From contig NC_047018.1 in NCBI RefSeq assembly GCF_902652985.1, positions 33,294,001 through 33,358,000 on the forward strand: a stretch of 64,000 bases of DNA, in the 5' to 3' direction. The translations under genes and the position numbers were made by a program. The DNA is from Pecten maximus. Its lineage: Eukaryota. This document shows positions 24,765 to 38,123 of this stretch, one piece after another. How positions within the stretch are numbered: position 1 is the first letter of the stretch; every line of letters begins with the position of its first letter. Below the pieces are notes generated by a model that was not told the DNA's origin, did no database searches, and saw only the letters and a program-made list of their open reading frames with translations.

Positions 24765-27700
24765 CCTGTGTCGATGACAGCATAAAGGTGTTTAAGAAAG
24801 AAAAGAAACACATTCCGTCCGTCGGTGTTTATATACCGCTCCGTATGGGGAGCAATGTGGTTGTGTACCTAACCTAATTATCTGCCTGTACTTCCGGTAC
24901 ACGGAGGTCAAGGTCAAAGATGATGCCATTCGACAAGTGGATTTAAGAATGACTACTTTGTTGTCAAAATGACTTCTGGTTTGCTGTCGATAGCCACTTA
25001 GTGGGGAACATTTCATTGAAGATCACCTTACAAGTCGGCTACCAAAAGTCATCTCAGTGCTGTGTGTCTTCCATGTTCAAAATAATTTAGGCTTATAGTT
25101 ATTTCCTCACCAAAGTGGAATCATCTCACTTGACGAAAGTCGAAATGCAAACGGGACCAGAGAGTTTAATTGCATACAATGCACATTCGTTAGCTAAACA
25201 TTCCTTAGATTCCTTCGAACTCGTTCAAGCTATGCATTCTTAAGATAGCAAATGTGAGGGAAAAGATTGCGAGCACGAGCAAATGAGGACCGATGCTCAG
25301 ACAATGTTGCTGAAAATTGCTATCAATTGTGCCTCACTACTTGGACAGGTGTGTCACATGGACAGGTTTAAAACAATGCCTACCTGTCTACTGTTGATAT
25401 CACTATATCATCTATACACCACATCATCATGTCACTTCATCAGGTCAGATTGTCGGGTGAAAAAGAGAAACTGTTGGGAGCTACTGTAATTTCCGTCACA
25501 CATTTTATTTACAAACATATAAAAAATGGGGAAAATGTGGATGTATACCTAAACGTGTGATATGAAAAACTCCATAACACTTTGGCTAAAGTCAACAACT
25601 ACGCAATCCAATCTGTTGAATTATAGTCAAACATCGTCAATGTACATGAAAACGACAGTCAACATATTTGCATGCGCATTTCATCATTCATTGAAGATAT
25701 TCTATCACGTGGAAGTTACCTAGCAACAAACTATTGGAATCTTGCAATCCGGAGACCACAGTTATTCATCAGGAATGAAAATCCTCGCTATCATGTTGAC
25801 TATGAATATACTATTCAAGGATACTCCACCCATTAATGAAATGGAAAACACTGATTATCATCCCTTTTACGAAGTTTAATTAAACGTTTGTGGTAAGTTT
25901 TTAAGGAATTTGTTTGGATTAAATGCCATGGAAACTCGACACTGTTGATACGCGTAGAAACGCAAAGCAGTTATAATGCAATGGATGCAGGATCGCTTAG
26001 TGGAGGAGTCATGCAACCACATATACAATATGTACATTTTATTACTAACTAAACTCATGACTGTATATAATGATTTATTTTTACTTTGATGAATTATATC
26101 ATTTCCAACACTACCCGGTATCGGAGACATATTTTAAAAGGGGAGGGAATCCATGTATTTTAACTGTGGCTGTTCTTATTACTGTGATAAATTGGATATT
26201 TTATAATAATAATAATCTTAATACTTGGTAGTAATTAGTTTTTATGTTAAATACACTCATTGTCGTTAACAAATTGGGTGAAACCAAATTTGTTCTAGGA
26301 AGTTATGAGTGATGAACATTTACACGTTTAATACACTAAACGACCTCTTTTTCATTTTATAAAGATACATCTGAATGCATAATAAGCATGTTATTCATTG
26401 TTTGGTGAATTAGTTTATTTTGTCATTTCTCGCTGTTATTCGATATCTTTTTTTCTCTAAATAATTTCATGAGTAACAATCGCGGTACATTTCATTTAAG
26501 AAGCGTATGCGATGAGAGTGTACAATTTCACCATTTTCGGTTTGCATTTTGAGGTACTGGAAAGCCTAGGATCTAACCTGGAGATCACCGTTGATTCGAA
26601 TCTGGTATCCAACTTTCGTACTCTCACGCACGTAAACAAGTTTATATATTTTCAGTATTATTTTGAAGGGGATATTATGTATATCTTTGATAGTTTTACA
26701 CACATCTACGATATCATGTTAAAATAAATATGTAATTCACTTATATACTTTATATGATAGTATTGCTCCACACACCTTCTCGTGCCAGATAAACACAAAT
26801 TTACAGACACAGAATATCTTTTATTCAACAGGATAACGAATAAAAATAGCGATATAAAATATTCAGCGTATTTTCTACCATATGTCATGAAATTTAAATT
26901 TAAATGAAATCTTCTGAGAGAAAGCACAACATGGGAATACTTATAAACTTGTGAGAAGAAACAGAATTTAAAAAAAAAGTATGTTTTATATGAAAAGTCA
27001 ATATTACGTTGACGGCTAGCACTACACCTCTATATGTATCATCGCGCTACACAAGTCCCAAATGGCCTTCAACATAGATAAGACCATATATGGAAATTGT
27101 CTTGGTCATAGATAGAGAAGAGTTGTCTTTGAAGATAGTATCAATTATTGACTAAAACTGAAAGTATACATTGTTACTTACGTTATTTTCCCATGCACAC
27201 TAGTTTTACAATTGTCATCCATCTATTTAACTTGATAGAAAGTTCTAGTCTAATTTTAATTCTCCCACTAGTCTGCCGTCCCAGCGGCTAATCTAAGGGG
27301 CCTTGAGTGTATTATGCTCTTCCGTATAGCGGTAGTTCACTCAGACCAACGTTTTTTTTTAATTTTCAGTTTTACAATTAAAAATCAGGAATATGTATTT
27401 TATTTATGTCCCAAAAAACATGATTTTTTTTTGTAATACACGTGTGTGTGCACTTTGTCAAAATATCAAAGACAAGTGTTGATGCCAAATGAAATGAAGA
27501 CTGAAAACAAACGTTATTTTCCCTCATTTTAACTTCCTGAGTCGATGGAGGAATGAACAACTAAAACATGAAACGTTGGTCTTATTTACACACGCAATCA
27601 AATTTTATACCTGTCTCATATTATCTCTACCACAGCAATTAAAACATTTTATTATTTTTTTTATCATTTCTAATTTGCTTTGTTTAAGTTTCAGCATTAT

Positions 27701-27909
27701 CGTTATTATTTTTTTTTTACACGCAAATGTACAATCGAACTTTGTTTAGAGGATTTTTATTAATACTCATGTGTATGTATGTCGAAGTCATGTCTTGGTG
27801 TATTAGTATATGTATTAACTTTTTTACGTGCACTCTTATTCACTTCGTTTCCTCAACATGATATCGTTCACATAACGGAAATTTACTCATACAGTTTTCA
27901 GAAAGACTT

Positions 27910-28215
27910 ACAGTTCGACATAGCGAAAGCTGACTATACTAATACTGTTCGGCTCGTAGAAGACTGGCTGTATATATGTTGATACCAAGGTAATGTTACA
28001 ATAATGGTTCGACATAGCGTATTTATGCTAATACTCGATGATATGACTTTTCGACATAGCGAAGACTGACTATTTATGATAATACTCGACGGTATAACTT
28101 TTCGACATAGCGAAGGCTGACTGCTTATGATAATACTCGACGGTATAACTTTTCGACATAGTGAAGGCTGTAATAATGTAAATGTAATGCTAGAATTCGA
28201 CATAACGAAGACTTT
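27910..28215. repeat. About 51-bp degenerate tandem repeat
   Basis: TTCGACATAGCGAAG recurs at about 27913, 28008, 28050, 28101, 28152 and 28196. Confidence 0.85.
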
Positions 28216-29134
28216 AAGGTTGACTGTATTTAATACATTGTTCCATTTACTTCCTTGACAGGAATGTCCGAGATAGCGCAGTCTGACAGCAGATTTCTTC
28301 TTTGATATAGAAATATTGTTCAACAGATCGAAAGATGGAAGTATGCCAACTCCGTATAAGATTTGCTGTTTGACATATTGGAGGCCGCTCGTAAATTTCT
28401 TTCCTGATGAAATTTATAACTTGAAACAACTTTAAAGTTCGCCAAATTATTCTTTATTGAATTTTGAAACAAAGCACGTGTTCAATTTCTTCATGGGAAA
28501 ATTAAACAATTCTTAACAACATTGTATAAAAAATCACTAGACAAACGGTGAGGAATCTACCCGCTTCCACGCACGAGCAATCATGCTACGTCTGCACTAC
28601 GAACTCGCGCAGCAACCTGCACGTGCTCCCCGGTCAAGGTCATAGATTCTCTTTCACCGGAACGCCATCATGGCCACATGTAGGATTGTTTATCATGCAA
28701 AGCCTTCATTCTCGGATAACGATAATCTAATACGATTTTTGAAAGCTGACAATGGTTCAAAGGTGTCAGATATCAAACCGAGTCGAACATTTTTGTAGAT
28801 GAGGAGAGATGAGTAGCGTACCAGCTACGTACATGAACTCGATAAATGCGGTCATTTTAACGGAATATTCGCTGCGATGAATTTTATTTGAGAAAAGATT
28901 TATATAAACTGTATAGAATGATTTCCATCAATTTGCCTTAGTTCGATTTTGTTTTAGCCATACTTCCTTCTAAATTAAACTGCAGATTGCTCGTAACATT
29001 TGTTACACGTGATCATCATAAATAGTTGCTGTATGGCATTACATACATAGTTGTATTATGTTTCTTTTACAAGCGCCAAACGCAATATTGTGTAACTATT
29101 GTGTACAGCTATAAACTCATATATTTTGCATATG

Positions 29135-29800
29135 ACGTACAAAGTTGTGTTATCGGCATACAAATTTGTGTCATTGACATAAATTATGATATACAATATG
29201 TACAAAGTTAGTGACACGTGATCTACAAAGTTGTTTTAATGACACGTGACACAAAAACATGCTATGAACAAGATATACAAAACTGAAAGTTGGGTTAGTG
29301 TCATGTGACATACAAATTAGTATTACTGACATTAGATATACAAAGTTGTGTTATTGGCACGGGACTTACAACGTGTGTTATTGGCACGGGACATATAAAA
29401 TGACGCTATTAGCAAGAGAAAAACACTTAAAGTTGTGTTATCGACACGTGACATATAAGTTGTGTCATTGATACGAGATACAAAGTTGTGCTGTTGGCAT
29501 TAGACTTACATACAAAGTCGTGCTATCGACACGCCATGCATAGATGTGTTATTAGCACGTGATCTACAAAGTTGTGTTATCAGCACGTGATCTACAAAGT
29601 TGTGTTATCAGCACGTGACATACAAGGTGTGTTATTAGCACGTGACTTACAAAGTTGTGTTATTGGCATTAGACATACAAAGTGTGTTGTTAGCACGAGA
29701 CGTACAAAGTTGTGTTATTGGCATTAGACATACCGGTACATACACAGTTGTTATTATTGACACGAGTTGTCAGTGACACGTGGCATACGAACTTGTGACC
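29135..29800. repeat. About 28-29-bp degenerate minisatellite
   Basis: The unit resembles ACAAAGTTGTGTTATTGGCACGTGACAT and repeats about 20 times. Confidence 0.88.
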
Positions 29801-31915
29801 TACGCAATGGGATAAAGGACGCTTGGAATTAAAAACTACGCACTGTACATTTTTTTCGATTTTTAAAATCTACGCATATCTTTTATCAAATTGAGAAACT
29901 ACTCAAGTAGATTTCAAAGTTGTGTTGAACGGCTTATACGTTTGCTGATAATTTCAATGTGACACTATACGTATATATGTTATGTATTATGATTATTATA
30001 CGTAAATATAGAATGTTATAACTGGCTGTGTATCAATATTAGCAAATTAAATTACCACAGTGAAATTGTTGATGTGTTCTAATTTTAAAAACATTTGACA
30101 TGAACTGTATCTAAATTTTAATGCGTTTTTTCATGTTTATTGATGTGTGTATGATGCATAAATGTGTTCAATTTGTATTTACAATCGATTTTTAAAACAG
30201 ATTCACGTCATTAAAATATTTCATTTTATTCTGTTTTTAAATACGAAGTTCAATGGTTTTACTGAAATGATTACTATAAAAATTATATTTTGTTTTGAAG
30301 GGGAAGGTAAGCTTATTTTTATATACAATACTCACTAAATTCTGTCTATGACAAATTCATGTGCATTTAAACATACGATCCCGTTATTAATTAATATGAT
30401 TTGATAAGATATATATAATAACTAGAAATGAATAAGAATTCGTGGAAATTACAAGTAGATATCATATTTTACCCCTTTCTTGGAGATTTCATGTAGATAA
30501 AATTGTATAAAAAGCGCTTGTTATTTACTACTTTGATATTGTACGTTCTTCTAAAGTGTTTGATAGTGTTTCTCGCAAGATAGAGTACAGATATAACGGT
30601 CAATTCAAGTTATTAATGAATTACAAATTGAGAGATTGGGATCAGAGGTTATGATCGGAAATGACGTGAATGCGTAATGAGAGGAACAAATGCAGACAAA
30701 TGCCGCTTGTCTATAGAAAAGACAGACAGTAGCAAAATGAGAAAGAGTGAGTAAGGTTTGTAACGTAATTAAAGAACGATTCATCATAGAATGCTTGCAC
30801 GTGAGAAAAGATCATTTACTGAGACTTAATCATGATGAGGATGCTGTTTTCCGATCTGCAGAAACTGAATTCTCCCGTGGGACCAATTAACGTCATGCGG
30901 TTACACATGCGCATTTGAACAATTCGTATCATTTATCGTTCCATTATCTTCTCATCATAAACACTAGATATAATGGTTTTTATATTATGGTCGTTCTTCT
31001 ACAACTAATTCTGATTTTGACATTTTCCCGCATATGAGATTTTATACACTACTTGTTGCAATGTGTGAATATGTCATTTTTATATTGGGTTATTTAATAT
31101 CTTTAAACAAAACATTTACTATCAGTTTCTATATGATATTTGTTATTGTGTCACTCGCACGATTATTATATATGATGATTAAATTTGTAAATATTGTAAA
31201 AAGTACATCAAATTAACTCAAATTATTTTATGTAATAAAACCAATATCTGGTATAAGCATTTCGTTTTGTTTTTATCTGGCAATAACACCTTACACCACT
31301 TATGCTAATTGATTGAATACATATTCTGTTACACCGCTGACGTAAACTGATTGAGTATACACGTTAATACGTTACAAAGACTGTTAGTCTACAAAACAAC
31401 AAATAATACTAACATATTGACAAAACCATCAATTAATCTCAAAATCGATTAACAGATTTGCACGGAGACTCCTGAAAGCTCCGGAAGGTTAAGCGTCTTT
31501 TACTTCATCGACGACATCCGCCAATTCGTGTTAAGTTATAATCTCAAATGAGAGATCGGGTGGTGACAACGAAACCAATAGTTATGTCAACAAGTATCAA
31601 ACACGACGGACTTAAAATCGGACAAGGTAATAGAATATTTCCAAAGTAGATGATGGTGCCTACCATCAAACGTTATATTATGGTCTTCATCAACCTGTAT
31701 ACCTACATTGACATAGCATATTTTATAGCCAAAAACAGAGGATTTGACACAAGCTGAAGTTACATCAAAATAGATATACATGTATATCGTACGTATTAAA
31801 TAGGTATCATAAAAATGATAAAAAAAAGCATTTTACCAAGAACTGTTAATGTAAGAAAGCAGAGTGTTTAACTGAATGATTATCAACACAGATACTACAA
31901 GTACCATATGCGGCT

Positions 31916-32135
31916 TTGGTTTGTTTGTTTTTGTTTAACGTCCTATTAACAGCCAGGGTCATTTAAAGACGTGCCAGGTTTTGGAGGTGGAGGAAAGATG
32001 GAGTACCCGACCTACAGTCAGTACCTGGCAACTGCCCCACGTAGGTTTCGAACTCGCAACCCAGAGGTGGAGGGCTAGTGATAAAGTGTCGGGACACCTT
32101 AACCACTCGGCCACTGCGGCCCACTGCGGCCCCCC
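31916..32135 (-). mobile_element. tRNA-derived SINE, near full length
   Basis: On the - strand: GGGCCGCAGTGGCCGAGTGGTTAAG (A box), GAGTTCGAAAC (B box) and an (AAAC)n tail. It is flanked by the near-identical CCATATGCGGCT (31904-31915) and CCAAATGCGGCT (32134-32145), read as a TSD. A homologous copy lies at 39259-39372. Confidence 0.88.
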
Positions 32136-32664
32136 AAATGCGGCTCGTGGAGTTCTCTATGTATAATGGTGGAGACAAGGTAAAACTTGAACCCTTGTAT
32201 GTGAAAGTAGACTTGATCTCATATACAAAACAAAAGAAAACGTGCCGTTTTCAGTGAGGTAGGCACGTATTTTGAATCATGAAATATAGTATACAATCTA
32301 CAGTCGAGAGCCTTTAAAACTAATTCAGATATGATGTCTGCGTGCTTCAAACAAAATACATCAGGATGGTTTTAGCGGTAAATTTGGACAGAGTCCATCT
32401 AAAGACTAAGAGCGCCTCTCTCATCCCGGTTATAATGATGATATGCTAGTGTACATTCAAATTCTTCACAAACACCTTCGTAAACTACTTTATATGTGCT
32501 TAAATCGCACCGAAATACACTGCAACATTTAGCAGATCACATATACCTGAACATTTAGTATACCGTGACATATGTGGGGCTATGCGTATTAATGGTCAAA
32601 TGAACTCAAATCATCATTCGGTAAAAATCTGTACCCCTCTTTGATGTAAACAGCATTCGATTTT

Positions 32665-33275
32665 AAACAAGAGGTTCATGGGCTTGAACGGTCATCTGAC
32701 TTTAACGGACCCTAGTACTTTTGTATATACATACTCGGTAACTGCTACTGACAATTGGAATTGTGCAGTACTGTATGCTGGCCATCTTGGATTACTGAAC
32801 AATCCGAAAAATGACTACACCTGGTCAGGCAAATTTCGGTTGAAACTTGAGAAGAGGTTTGAAATGTTAGTTTCAAAATGGCGATCATGCAGTCATCTTG
32901 AATTTCAGACCGACCTGATAAATAGCATTTGGCAAAGACCATCTCAAATTTATTTCAAGAAAGTTAGAGCTTTATCCGCCAGGTGGAATTTGAGAAAAAA
33001 AGTTCAAAATGTGGTTTTGAATATGGCGGCCATCCCCAACAATTTTCATTTCATTGGCACCACGGAACTTGAGAAGTTAAAAATGTGTTTTCAAGATGGC
33101 GAACATGGTGGTCATCTTGGATTTCAGACCGACCCGAAAAATAACAAAACTCGGTAAGGACCATCTAATGATCATTTTGGCAAGTTTGAGTTGTATCCCA
33201 TTGGTAGAACTTTGAAGTTTTATATGTGAACAGTTTACGGGCGGCGGACGAAGTACGCTGGCGAAAGTTCATTTT
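32665..33275 (-). mobile_element. HINE/DINE-1-like non-autonomous element
   Basis: The 3' end AAACAAGAGG...GGTCATCTGA is the reverse complement of the CTCTTGTT ends at 50977 and 61462. It has internal GCCATCTTGGATT/AAGATGGC subrepeats and a GGACG microsatellite remnant near 33240. Confidence 0.65.
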
Positions 33276-33294
33276 TCTTAAAGCTAGGGCAATC

Positions 33295-33700
33295 ACAACA
33301 TGGCGATCTACAAACTTATCTCGATAGACCTATTACAACGTTGAGACGTAGTAGAATCTACCACGGGAATATAAACAATGACGATCTAATATAGCTTATC
33401 TTTAAAGATCAATTACAAGATTGAGATGTACATGTAGTAGAATCTACCACGGGGGGATATCAACAATGACTTGATGATCTACAAGCTGCTCTCGATAGAC
33501 CTATTACAAAGTTGAGACGTAGTAGAATCTACCACGGGAATATAAACAATGGCGATCAACTATAGCTTATCTTGATAGATCTATTACAAAGTTGAGAAGT
33601 AGACTAGTAGAATGCAATGACGATCTACAAGCTGATCTTGATAGATCTATTACAAAGTTGAGATGTAGTAGAATCTACCACAGCGGGATATAAACAATGC
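33295..33700. repeat. About 78-bp tandem repeat, about 5 copies
   Basis: GATCTATTACAAAGTTGAGACGTAGTAGAATCTACCACGGG recurs. Confidence 0.9.
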
Positions 33701-36700
33701 GTCTAGGGGCTTCTATCAGAGGACCCAGTTATGCAAGACCAACAGAAAAAAGACCCCAATCCGAGAAAATGAAAAGCCGCCGTTGGGTGTACATGTACAA
33801 CCACTTGGCACGGTGAGTGCAAAATGAACCAGATTTCACAAGACGAGTCAATACAATTCAATGTTTGTCAAACTGAATGATATTTGTCCTAAGTTCAATC
33901 TGGAATATCCGACAATATGTTCTGCATATCGGATGTCATTGGCGGCAGCTGGCTATAAAAGCAAGCAAGCTATGATGGATTTATATAACACGCAATATCT
34001 TTCATAGCATTCCCGAAATAAAGATATACATGTAATGCGTTGTCAGACTCACTCATGACACAAGAGCAGAGTAAAGTGATCCATACAACGCGAAAGCTTT
34101 GATACTATTCCCACACAGGATCATTACTGTCAGAACATTTTCCCTCAAGATGGTACATTTTGCAATGTCCCATCTTTTATTCTATAAATATGCTGAACAC
34201 AATCTTCTAGGATATATGCCAACTCTTGAAGGACAAAAGATAACGCGGTAACGATTTTTTTCTCAAATTTCATCGGTTTACTTTCTCTTATTTATTTCAT
34301 ATTTAATATATATCTTTTTATTTAATGGATATTTTCCGATATAGAATGAAAACCCCCCCAAAAATACAACATGGATACTGGTGTTCTTATGAACGAAGGG
34401 AGGTAACTCTTACTATAAAATCACGTTTCTTATGTCCATTAATATGCATATAATAAATACAAAATGTCCAAAGGGGAAATCAACATAACACAATTAACTT
34501 GATTTTAGAAGAGTATGGGACTACTGATAAAAGAGTGGCCGAAAATACCGTGTGAGGCGTAACTGTATAATCTCCACGCGGATTTGAACCGATATCTTAA
34601 AGTTAGTCAAGCATGCTTTTTATAATTCAAGCAGACTCGATAAAACATATATCCAGACAAAATAATCTGCAGTCAACAGTTATCTGCTACGTAGCCAATG
34701 TCCAGTATAACGAATGTTTAGATGAAACAGCTGCAAGGTGCAGTTTAATTCTTGTTCTTGCTTTGAGTGCGAATGCTGATATCATATATAATCCTTGATC
34801 AGAAAGAAAAAGTTACTACAAGCCGTGAATACCAAGTTTCGGAAAACATCTCGAGCGGGATGTTCGAGTTAGGAGGGGGTTCAAAAGACCATAGAGCAGT
34901 AATAAACTAAAATGTTACACAATATATATATACCAAATTCCAGCTTTTTATCTGGAGATATGACGAAAAACCGAAACCTCTCAGGTAGGACAGTCAGTAG
35001 GATGGAAAGACGGAAAGGAAAAATCTTAAATGACGACACATTAATTTTCAGGGGCGAAAATAATAGATACGAACACTAACAAGATTGTTTGTGTAACGCA
35101 AGACTTGTGGAACGAACACGTCCACAATACAGTATCCGTGTCACGCCCCGACCCCTTCAGATGTACTGATTCCTCAAACGTTGAACACAGGCGTCGACTT
35201 CTGGTTAGTATAAAATATATATATATATATATATTAACCCCTACTGCTAATATATCAACAAGATGTGCATAGTGCGAGTAGGGGCAGAAGCAGATTTTAT
35301 ATACTAGTACACTGAATATGTATGACTTTCTTTGCATTTCTACAAATCGAGACATTTTCGTTTTTCGTTTTACTTTTCATTTAGTTTTATTTAATAACAA
35401 ACAAAAATGTGGAAAGAATTATACCTGTATACAAAACTTTGTCGGCCTCTCGTTCAAACATCAACAAGTTTCCCTTAACAATATGCAGATAATCACACAT
35501 CCGATGACACTGCAATCATTCAGATGAAATTGATTACCGATGAAAAGGGAACGGTACGACTACCACGACACCAAGAAAATACCGCGCGTTTCACAGAAAA
35601 TAGAAAATTTGACATAACTGTAGCCTTTTGGCCGGAGTTTCCTCTGACCCCAGCACCGGATCTACACGAGACATTTGAAGGACTGGTGTGGTCTATCTAG
35701 GACCAGTGATTTGTTTATTGATTCGAACTACATTGTATATCATTTATGTGAACTATCCAAGATTATCATAGTAAATCTGAGTATTTTTCTAAGAACTTTT
35801 CATATTTTTTCAACCCATTTTTTCTAGTACATACCCCCCCCCCCCCCCCCCGAACTAATAATAAAATAACTGAATTACTTAAAAAAAAAAACACTCTTGA
35901 GTAATATTCAAAGGCAAAATGTTAAAATTCAAGCACTTTGACAGTCTGTCTGAACCAGGTGTGAGGTTAGAATGATTACGTAGTATCCCTGCTATTGTCG
36001 GTTCGTCGTTGATAAAAGGTTGCCGTCGCTTTGAACATTTTGAAGAATGTGCTTTCGTTAATTAAACTCGTATTATTTACAATAAGATAAAATTACCTTC
36101 TCTCCTTTGGAACAATGCCTTTAAATACCGTTTTCTTCTTTGAACCATTCCGTCTTCTCATTCAAAATTTAAAGATTCAAAACTTTTAAATATGGCTACG
36201 CTTTTCTTGCAGACGACACTAGGCCTGTATAGAAATTAAACTTTTACGCATGTGCAGCTTTTGTGATAATTGATTGGTACCGAATTCTTGGAACAATATC
36301 ACGCCATTTTGATTGATAGGTAATAGCTATTTCGGGGCGTGGTTTAATATTCGTTTTCAGCTAATCTGAAGAGACAACATTGTACGTCAACGATGGAGAG
36401 AATACTAGTAGTAAGAAATACAACTCGTGAACGATATTAATTTTAAGTTATTCAGTTCAAACCTTTAGATAGTTATAGGTGTATCGTGATAAAACATTAA
36501 AAGCCAGCTGCATTACAGTAGAACGTTACACAACCCAATTATGGATATTGAATTTAGTTGGACATAATTACCTGTATAACTGTCGCGCTATTTTTGTTAG
36601 TCGTCCATGTAAAACGATACTGCTTGTTTGGTGGTCGACATTGTAATTACTCCAGCAATGTTACAGGATTACACAGTGAGAAACTTATCACAGGCGCCTT

Positions 36701-37616
36701 GTAACCAAGTAATTAGCCAGAGACCTTGAGCTAGCTGAAGAACATAGCAATATCCATTAACGGCAGAATGACGTCCCATCAACAAACATTCCAAATATTT
36801 CTGACGTTTGATCGTGTAATGGGGCCCAACTAATTAAGGATGTCACAAACAAAAGGCGCAATGGACCAGTATCACCTATATATACCCTGTTCTACAGCTT
36901 AGTTGGAAGACATCATTGATGTGGGACATCAAATTCATACATTTAATTTATAATTAATTATTCTAATTGAAGATTTTAGCATGCTTAAAGAGGCTTGCCC
37001 GCAGAGAGATCAGAAAAATTGACTAATAGAAAAAGATTTTTTACACATGAGAGATTGTTGGAATTGTTGAGTTTTTCATTTTATTTTCCTTATAAAACGC
37101 TGAAAAGTGATATTAAAACCTCATTTTTTAAATATTATTTATTTAATCGCAACCCGCAATAAGTCCCCGCTATAAAGTGGAGTCTAATTTGATTGACACA
37201 TCAAAGAAACAAGCACGTGCACAGTGCCGCACAGTGATAACTTCAAAGGCAGCGGCGATTTACAAAGAAGATTTGACGTTATATTCCATACATTTCCTCT
37301 CAGGTTGAGTTTTAAAACGTCTTTTAAATACATATTCTGTAATTGCTTTCAAGAAATAAAGTCGGAAAGCCTCTAATTTTGTCACATAGAAACGTGTACT
37401 GAAGTGTATTTAGTGATCGGAGATGTGCCGTTTACCGGTCCGTCTGCGGGTAAGCCTCTGACACGTATATTAATAAATTTGATCGACCTTCATCTCTGCA
37501 CATTCTAGACAATATATATGAAGGATATTGAGAAGTCGTTTAAAAGATCTTCACACATGAATTTGACATCAATATGACCTTTACAGTACATTTGTTGTAG
37601 GTCAAGGCCATTGAAT

Positions 37617-37648
37617 CAGAGACCTATATACTAGTATATAGGTCTCTG
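37617..37648. mobile_element. 32-bp perfect palindromic insertion with a 7-bp target-site duplication
   Basis: ATTGAAT[CAGAGACCTATATACTAGTATATAGGTCTCTG]ATTGAAT. Confidence 0.7.
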
Positions 37649-37725
37649 ATTGAATTGAACAGACAGCGTGGCTAAATGGCCCTTTGGCAAATTTAACACG
37701 TTTTTGACTAAGTTTCCTGCAACAT

Positions 37726-37822
37726 TTTATTAAAAACATTAACAAACAACATATGTACTCCATTATTTCATTATCATGCAGATTAAATCACACAGTCACA
37801 TGTTCATTTTAAAATTTTTATT
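37726..37822 (-). terminator. Candidate PTER polyadenylation signals
   Basis: AATAAA on the - strand at 37817-37822 and 37726-37731, about 160 and 250 nt past the stop codon. Confidence 0.5.
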
Positions 37823-37979
37823 CCAATTTTGTTGCGTTTAAAAAAAAAAATCACTTTAAACTTTTCCACAAAAGTTTAAATCTGCAGCAAAACCAGTGAC
37901 CTTTGCTGATTATGAGTTTGGTGGATAAGATGTAGATTGTTAATTGTCTGTCTGATGATGAGACATCTTTTGCTGGTTA

Positions 37980-38123
37980 TCAGTTGGGAGGAATAAATGC
38001 CAGCCATCTCTTAGGATTCTCTACTACCATTTTGTATGCAACTTTTTTGGAAATTCCTCGTTGCTGCATCTTTGGAAGGATATTCAACAATATATGGGAG
38101 AATCCATGGCCACCATATTTCAT
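37980..38123 (-). CDS. PTER: PTER last coding exon
   Basis: [19 protein letters not shown]...[13 protein letters not shown]. Confidence 0.95.
   Translation of the reverse strand: MKYGGHGFSHILLNILPKMQQRGISKKVAYKMVVENPKRWLAFIPPN

Noticed and set aside
32678-33157. Longest ORF in the window (159 aa)
   Set aside because: It lies inside a HINE-like non-coding repeat, its internal peptide repeats mirror the DNA subrepeats, and it has no recognisable domain.
35834-35851. C18 homopolymer (possible G-quadruplex on the - strand)
   Set aside because: This is a common simple repeat with unreliable length and no supporting context.
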